Virus genome (UHGV): UHGV-0123126
Origin: a virus
Direction: 5' to 3' (one strand)
Length of the DNA: 39,300 nt
Shown here: positions 34,892 through 39,300 of the stretch, piece by piece
Layout: the number at the start of each line of letters is the position of its first letter
Position numbering within the stretch: the stretch's first letter is position 1
Made by a program: the position numbers and the translations under genes
The notes under the pieces: generated by a model
Databases searched by the model: none
Told to the model about the DNA's origin: nothing
Seen by the model: only the letters and a program-made list of their open reading frames with translations

Positions 34892-35063
34892 TCACCACTT
34901 TCACTGTGTTTTGAAGTCGTTTTCTGTCTTCCTGTTTTGCCTTCTCTTCCATTGCTCGTCGCGCCGCATTCCCGCCCATCGTGTAAGCGCCGACAAGAAC
35001 GAAAAGAACGGCAGCCAGCGTAATCAAAGCAACTTTTAGCTTTGTCATCAGGCTGCCTAGCAT
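34812..35063 (-). CDS. Putative i-spanin (Rz-like: N-terminal TM helix plus charged coiled-coil)
   Basis: 83 aa; TM segment VALITLAAVLFVLVGAY then Lys/Glu/Arg-rich region. Confidence 0.5.
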   Translation of the reverse strand: MLGSLMTKLKVALITLAAVLFVLVGAYTMGGNAARRAMEEKAKQEDRKRLQNTVKVVNETSSKIRQKDASAVHRELYDKWVRH

Positions 35064-35064
35064 A

Positions 35065-35757
35065 TTAGACCATCCCTTTCTGGTGTTTTCTTACCTGCGA
35101 CCAGGCAATGAATCCTGCCACAACAATAGTGGCAATACCGAAGATGATGCGTACTGTATCCCCGCTAGAGATATGACCTTGTGCTTTATCCATAGCAGCG
35201 GAAACCTGCGGCATAACATCGGCCAGCTGCGCCAGACCAATACCTGCTGTAACAGTTGCGCCTGCAGTTTCTTTAGTTACAGGAACAGCCTTCACGGTTT
35301 TCACCGGCTTAACAACGCCAGCTCGACGCAGACCTTCCTCAATAACTTCTGCCGCATACCAGGTGTTCAGCGTTTTTAGCGGGCCTCGGCCATTCTCGTG
35401 GCGAATGATTGCCTCAACCAAAGGTCGAAGGATGTCGTAATCATGCAGATCGATGATCATGTCTGCGGTTACACCAACGGCTTTAGACACCTCATTAATG
35501 TAGGCGTCAGTATTGTTTTCATTCGGCGGTGCCCAGCGTTCAATAACTTCACGAATGGTATCGATACTTGTGCCGTCTTTTGCGCGACGTTTATCGTGGT
35601 AGGTAATTAGAGTCACCGCCAGCGCACGAATCCCCCAAACAGGGTCTTTAAACGTGCAAAAGCGCGGTTCGTCTGGATTCGCAACCAGACCTTGCCACGG
35701 TGATCCTTTATCAAGATTACCGGGGTTATTATTACGAATGCCTCTCGGAGTCTTCAT
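35065..35757 (-). CDS. Putative endolysin-like protein with C-terminal TM anchor (catalytic class not recognised)
   Basis: Position between membrane protein and spanins; motif PRGIRNNNPGNL; ATG at 35755..35757 has AGGAG SD (track ORF extends to 35784). Confidence 0.4.
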   Translation of the reverse strand: MKTPRGIRNNNPGNLDKGSPWQGLVANPDEPRFCTFKDPVWGIRALAVTLITYHDKRRAKDGTSIDTIREVIERWAPPNENNTDAYINEVSKAVGVTADMIIDLHDYDILRPLVEAIIRHENGRGPLKTLNTWYAAEVIEEGLRRAGVVKPVKTVKAVPVTKETAGATVTAGIGLAQLADVMPQVSAAMDKAQGHISSGDTVRIIFGIATIVVAGFIAWSQVRKHQKGMV

Positions 35758-35770
35758 CCTTGATCTCCTG

Positions 35771-36094
35771 TTATTGCAGTCCACTTTTTACGCCATACGC
35801 GGCTAACCCCAAAAGCAGTGCGGTAATAATGAACGACGTTATTTTAGAAACAATGCCGCCAAAGAACCCACTTGAGATGGAATCTAACCGGTTAAGGAGT
35901 TTGTCCAGATTGGAGTGTTGAATACTATGTTGCGCCGGGGTCATATCACCAAAGTAGGTTTTCAGCTGATCATTGACCTCCTGGCCAATTTCTTCACGTA
36001 GCTCTTTACCTAATTTGCCAACAACCTCCCGAGCAACGATCGCGGCAATACGCTCAACTTGCTCTGTTGTAACGCCCGCCATCTCGTTCGACAT
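35771..36094 (-). CDS. C-terminally anchored membrane protein, possible holin-like lysis component
   Basis: Single TM helix near C-terminus; GGAGG SD before the internal ATG at 36092..36094 (track ORF starts at 36106). Confidence 0.35.
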   Translation of the reverse strand: MSNEMAGVTTEQVERIAAIVAREVVGKLGKELREEIGQEVNDQLKTYFGDMTPAQHSIQHSNLDKLLNRLDSISSGFFGGIVSKITSFIITALLLGLAAYGVKSGLQ

Positions 36095-36296
36095 GTTTTC
36101 CTCCATGAAAAGTCAAATCGGGATGGCGGATTTATATCACACTTCTCCTTTCAATTATAGGTATATACTTACCTATCTATGTATATACCGTTTAACGGCT
36201 GTTCAAATTCGTATCTAGTAACTCACTAATATATCCCTATGATTGCGGCTGTGAGATCGCATTTTAAACCTCACAGCCATATAAATAATGTCTAAA

Positions 36297-39200
36297 TCAG
36301 TTACTTGTTGCCCCAACAGTACCTGCAAATTTCAGCCATTGACCTGACGGACTTCTATTACTACGGTAGTGATAAACGAGGATTGCGTTTGTAACTCCAC
36401 CGTAGTCAGCTTTATGTGACGTTGTTAAACGAATTGTATAATCACCGTTAGGTAGATTAAAAACTTCGATTATAGATTCTGCTAATTCTACAGCACCAAA
36501 TCCCGTTATATTGTTGATACTGCCAGCATTGAATCCCATAGCATCGCCAAAGCCAATCCAATAACTTTTGCTAAACGCCCCATTTGATTTTAGGTGGCTA
36601 ATGAATGTGGACAAACTCATGCCCATATCCCCACCTGAAACAGAGGAAGTTCGCACAGTCATGCTTGGAAGAGCACTGCTCTTCACATAGGAACTTAGAA
36701 GGTTTGTTACCTCTGTTTTCGTATAGGCATTAAGGTTAGCCGCAGTCAAAGTAATATCGGCAGAGCCATCAAACGCCACACCAGCAATTTTCCTTGCTGT
36801 CTGCAATTTTGTGGCGGTTGCGGCATTACCAGTAGTGTTCTGGTTCCCATCTGCATTCACACCTGGGATGCTGTCTTTTTTAGTATATATCTGAGTCCAG
36901 TCCTCTTCGAACCCATAGCCATCACGTGATGAACGGTAATACAATCCACCATTTTTATAATGCGCTCGGATTTGGAGAGTCCGACAACTACCTACGCCTG
37001 TATAAAAATTTGCAACGATATAAGAATCCCCGGAGCGTGTAACATTATACGCACCTGATTCGGCATTCCACGGGACCGCACCACTAGCATCGGCATAAGT
37101 TCCAGTAGCGCGTCGAGCAAAAGCAGATACATTTGCAGCTGTTAGTGTTATATCAGCAGAACCATCAAAAGCCACGCCACTTATTTTTCTGGCAGTTTGT
37201 AACTTTGTAGCCGTAGATGCATTACCGTTCAAACTACCATTGATGCCGCCAGTAACATTGAGTCCATTACCAATGGACACAGCACCGCTGGTATTGTTAA
37301 TTGTAATCGGTCGCAAACCGTTCCATGAACCTAATGTGTCTCCTGATGCTGTTAGCATGAAATATGTGTTCGACCCATCATTACGGATAAAGAACCCAAA
37401 GCTACCGTAAGCAATGCGGAAACCATTTGCATATTTTGAAACGATCTCACCAGAAGACGTTAACCCTCCAGATAATGTGCCACCTGAAAGCGGTAATGCG
37501 CCGACATCCGTGGCGGTCGGTTTAATGTGCGAACTGTAAATGACATATACCGTTCCATCAGTAAGACCAGTTGGTTTATTCGCTGTATAAGTTGGTGATG
37601 TATGAATCGTTACGCTGGCGTTACTGGTATAATCCCACTGAATATTAACACCTGTGGCGTAATTACCTATTTCAACATAAACATCATAGGTATCACCGGA
37701 TGTATTCACCCATGCAAAATTAGTAAATCCAACCGATGTCCGTCGCCATAATGCACCAGTAATACCCTTTGGATTTCCATTTCCGGCACGCAGAACCAGC
37801 TCAGAGATGCCTGCTTGATGCGGGGAGCCAACGTTATACCCTGCACCACCAATCAGGCTTATGTAAACCACGGAACTGGCCTGTGGCATGGTTACAGTTG
37901 CCAGCTTGAACCATCCGGCACCACCAATAAAAGACATTGTTGCTGAGTTGATCGTGCCTATAGACCTTGGAGTTAGCTCAATGTTTTTAGAACCGTCAAA
38001 CGACACCCCATTAATAGTACGCGCAGTCTGCAACTTCGTAGCAGTAGCCGCATTACCTGTTGTATTCTGATTACCAGTCGTATTAACACCTGGCAAATTA
38101 ATATTTGCAGTACCATCAAAGCTCACGCCGCCGATAGTTCTTGCCGTCTGTAGTTTTGTAGCAGTTGCAGCATTACCAGTGGTGTTCTGATTACCCGTAG
38201 TGTTTACACCTGGAAGGTTAATATTTGCAGAACCGTCGAAAACAACTCCACCGATAGATCTTGCCGTCTGTAATTTCGTTGCTGTAGCAGCATTTCCTGA
38301 AAGACTTGAAATAAATGGATGTGAACAGTAATAACCTCGTCCATTTTTAAAGTCCAAAATTATCTGTGCATTCGTACTTTCTGATAAAGGATCAGTTGCC
38401 CCCCACTTATAAGTGGTTTGACCAACTGCATAATCAGCCGTTGGAACAATCACATTTAATCCTTCCTCAGCAAAAATCTGGATAGGGAATGCTCTTGTCT
38501 CAACGTAAAATACACTACACAAATCATCATCTTTCACGCTTGCGATAATCGAGTGTATAGATCGTTCAACGGTTGAATATATTGAGAAAAAACCAACAGC
38601 ATATGAACCGCGATCAGACCAACCGCCCGGCATAACAAAACCATTAAACTCACAATTATTCATAGCGTATCCGCCAGCTGAGGAATAAGTGGTGATAACC
38701 ACTCGTGAGGCTAATTCATCTGTGCCACCACCAGTTCGGCGAAAGACTACAGGATACCACTTACCGCTTACTGCATTTGCAGGAGCAGAGAAAGTGTATT
38801 TTCGCATCCCCTTTTTCTTATCCACTTCACCTTTGCTGTAAACATTAATGTTATTCAGGAAGCGGCCCTTGTCGGGGATATCAGCACCATTCTGATCCTT
38901 CTGTAGTCGTTTTTCAGCATTATCATATGCGGTCTTAACTGCTTTTGGTGTCGCGGCTAAAGATTCACTGGTGCTGTCGACAGCACTGCTAAGTTTCACA
39001 ACACCTTTGGTGGTAAGGCTTGCATCTTCCATCGCAACTGCACCGGCAATCTCTTCAGCACGATCAGCAGCAGCTTCCGCACGGGTCGCAGCGGATTCAG
39101 CAGCAGTTTTGCTCTGAGATGCTGCCGTCGCACTGCCTGCCGCCTCTGTTGCTTTCGTGGATGCTGTCGTGGCGCTGCCCTTCGCTGCGGACGCTTGTCT

Positions 39201-39300
39201 GGTCGCCTCATCTTTTGAAGCAGACGCCGATGATGCCGATGACGCCGCCGAACTGGCTGACGATGCGGCAGCCGTTTTTGAGGATTCTGCGCTGGTTTCC
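36297..39300 (-). CDS. Tail fibre protein (partial; N-terminus beyond window end) with tandem about 39-aa repeats
   Basis: Frame stays open from 39032 to 39300 through an Ala/Ser-rich region; repeats GNQNTTGNAATATKLQTAR.I.GV.FDGS.NI; ends 36297. Confidence 0.8.
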   Translation of the reverse strand, partial: ETSAESSKTAAASSASSAASSASSASASKDEATRQASAAKGSATTASTKATEAAGSATAASQSKTAAESAATRAEAAADRAEEIAGAVAMEDASLTTKGVVKLSSAVDSTSESLAATPKAVKTAYDNAEKRLQKDQNGADIPDKGRFLNNINVYSKGEVDKKKGMRKYTFSAPANAVSGKWYPVVFRRTGGGTDELASRVVITTYSSAGGYAMNNCEFNGFVMPGGWSDRGSYAVGFFSIYSTVERSIHSIIASVKDDDLCSVFYVETRAFPIQIFAEEGLNVIVPTADYAVGQTTYKWGATDPLSESTNAQIILDFKNGRGYYCSHPFISSLSGNAATATKLQTARSIGGVVFDGSANINLPGVNTTGNQNTTGNAATATKLQTARTIGGVSFDGTANINLPGVNTTGNQNTTGNAATATKLQTARTINGVSFDGSKNIELTPRSIGTINSATMSFIGGAGWFKLATVTMPQASSVVYISLIGGAGYNVGSPHQAGISELVLRAGNGNPKGITGALWRRTSVGFTNFAWVNTSGDTYDVYVEIGNYATGVNIQWDYTSNASVTIHTSPTYTANKPTGLTDGTVYVIYSSHIKPTATDVGALPLSGGTLSGGLTSSGEIVSKYANGFRIAYGSFGFFIRNDGSNTYFMLTASGDTLGSWNGLRPITINNTSGAVSIGNGLNVTGGINGSLNGNASTATKLQTARKISGVAFDGSADITLTAANVSAFARRATGTYADASGAVPWNAESGAYNVTRSGDSYIVANFYTGVGSCRTLQIRAHYKNGGLYYRSSRDGYGFEEDWTQIYTKKDSIPGVNADGNQNTTGNAATATKLQTARKIAGVAFDGSADITLTAANLNAYTKTEVTNLLSSYVKSSALPSMTVRTSSVSGGDMGMSLSTFISHLKSNGAFSKSYWIGFGDAMGFNAGSINNITGFGAVELAESIIEVFNLPNGDYTIRLTTSHKADYGGVTNAILVYHYRSNRSPSGQWLKFAGTVGATSN
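37983..38303 (-). repeat. Tandem about 117-120-nt coding repeats inside the tail fibre gene
   Basis: Near-identical units 38041..38160 and 38161..38280, partial third copy; further diverged copies near 36780..36900 and 37140..37260. Confidence 0.6.

Noticed and set aside
36247-36279. Inverted repeat GGCTGTGAG...CTCACAGCC just downstream of the tail fibre stop as a terminator
   Set aside because: 9-bp stem but a 15-nt loop and no T-run on either strand; not confidently a terminator.
37983-38303. Possible CRISPR-like or non-coding tandem repeat array
   Set aside because: The repeats are in-frame coding units of the tail fibre with no unique spacers; this is protein repeat structure, not a CRISPR array.

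Overview
This 39.3-kb window looks like part of a large tailed dsDNA phage or phage-plasmid of Enterobacteriaceae. The gene content (DnaE-like polymerase, CobS/CobT-like AAA+/vWA pair, RecA-family recombinase, ParA partition ATPase, toxin-antitoxin pair, tRNA cluster, tyrosine recombinase) resembles SSU5/pHCM2-type phage-plasmids; that attribution is from memory and was not checked by any search. Nearly all genes are on the minus strand in tightly packed operons, many with ATGA/TAATG start-stop overlaps. Order of content: the left edge lies inside an IS3-family (IS629-like) insertion sequence that interrupts a small phage gene; several small secreted or membrane proteins; an SPFH lipoprotein operon; a RecA-family recombinase split by a 422-aa LAGLIDADG intein in its P-loop; flap endonuclease; a gp32-like SSB candidate; a cspA-family gene with host-like promoter; DnaE-like polymerase; CobS/CobT-like pair; an HTH regulator; a tyrosine recombinase with an adjacent lox-like site and a LexA-box-like sequence; glutaredoxin; an AT-rich island encoding a 420-aa membrane-anchored protein; four tRNAs (Ser, Thr, Tyr, Asn) flanked by long inverted repeats; ATP-dependent ligase; a secreted Sel1-repeat protein; primase; DnaB-like helicase; a lone GIY-YIG nuclease; ParA plus a small ParG-like partner; a TacA/TacT-type toxin-antitoxin pair; a lysis-like cassette; and a partial tail fibre with tandem repeats. 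No CRISPR array or rRNA was seen. The best candidate for an undescribed system is the AT-rich single-gene island at 20564..21826, but its function is inferred from context only. All calls come from reading the sequence and ORF track by eye; no searches or folding were run.
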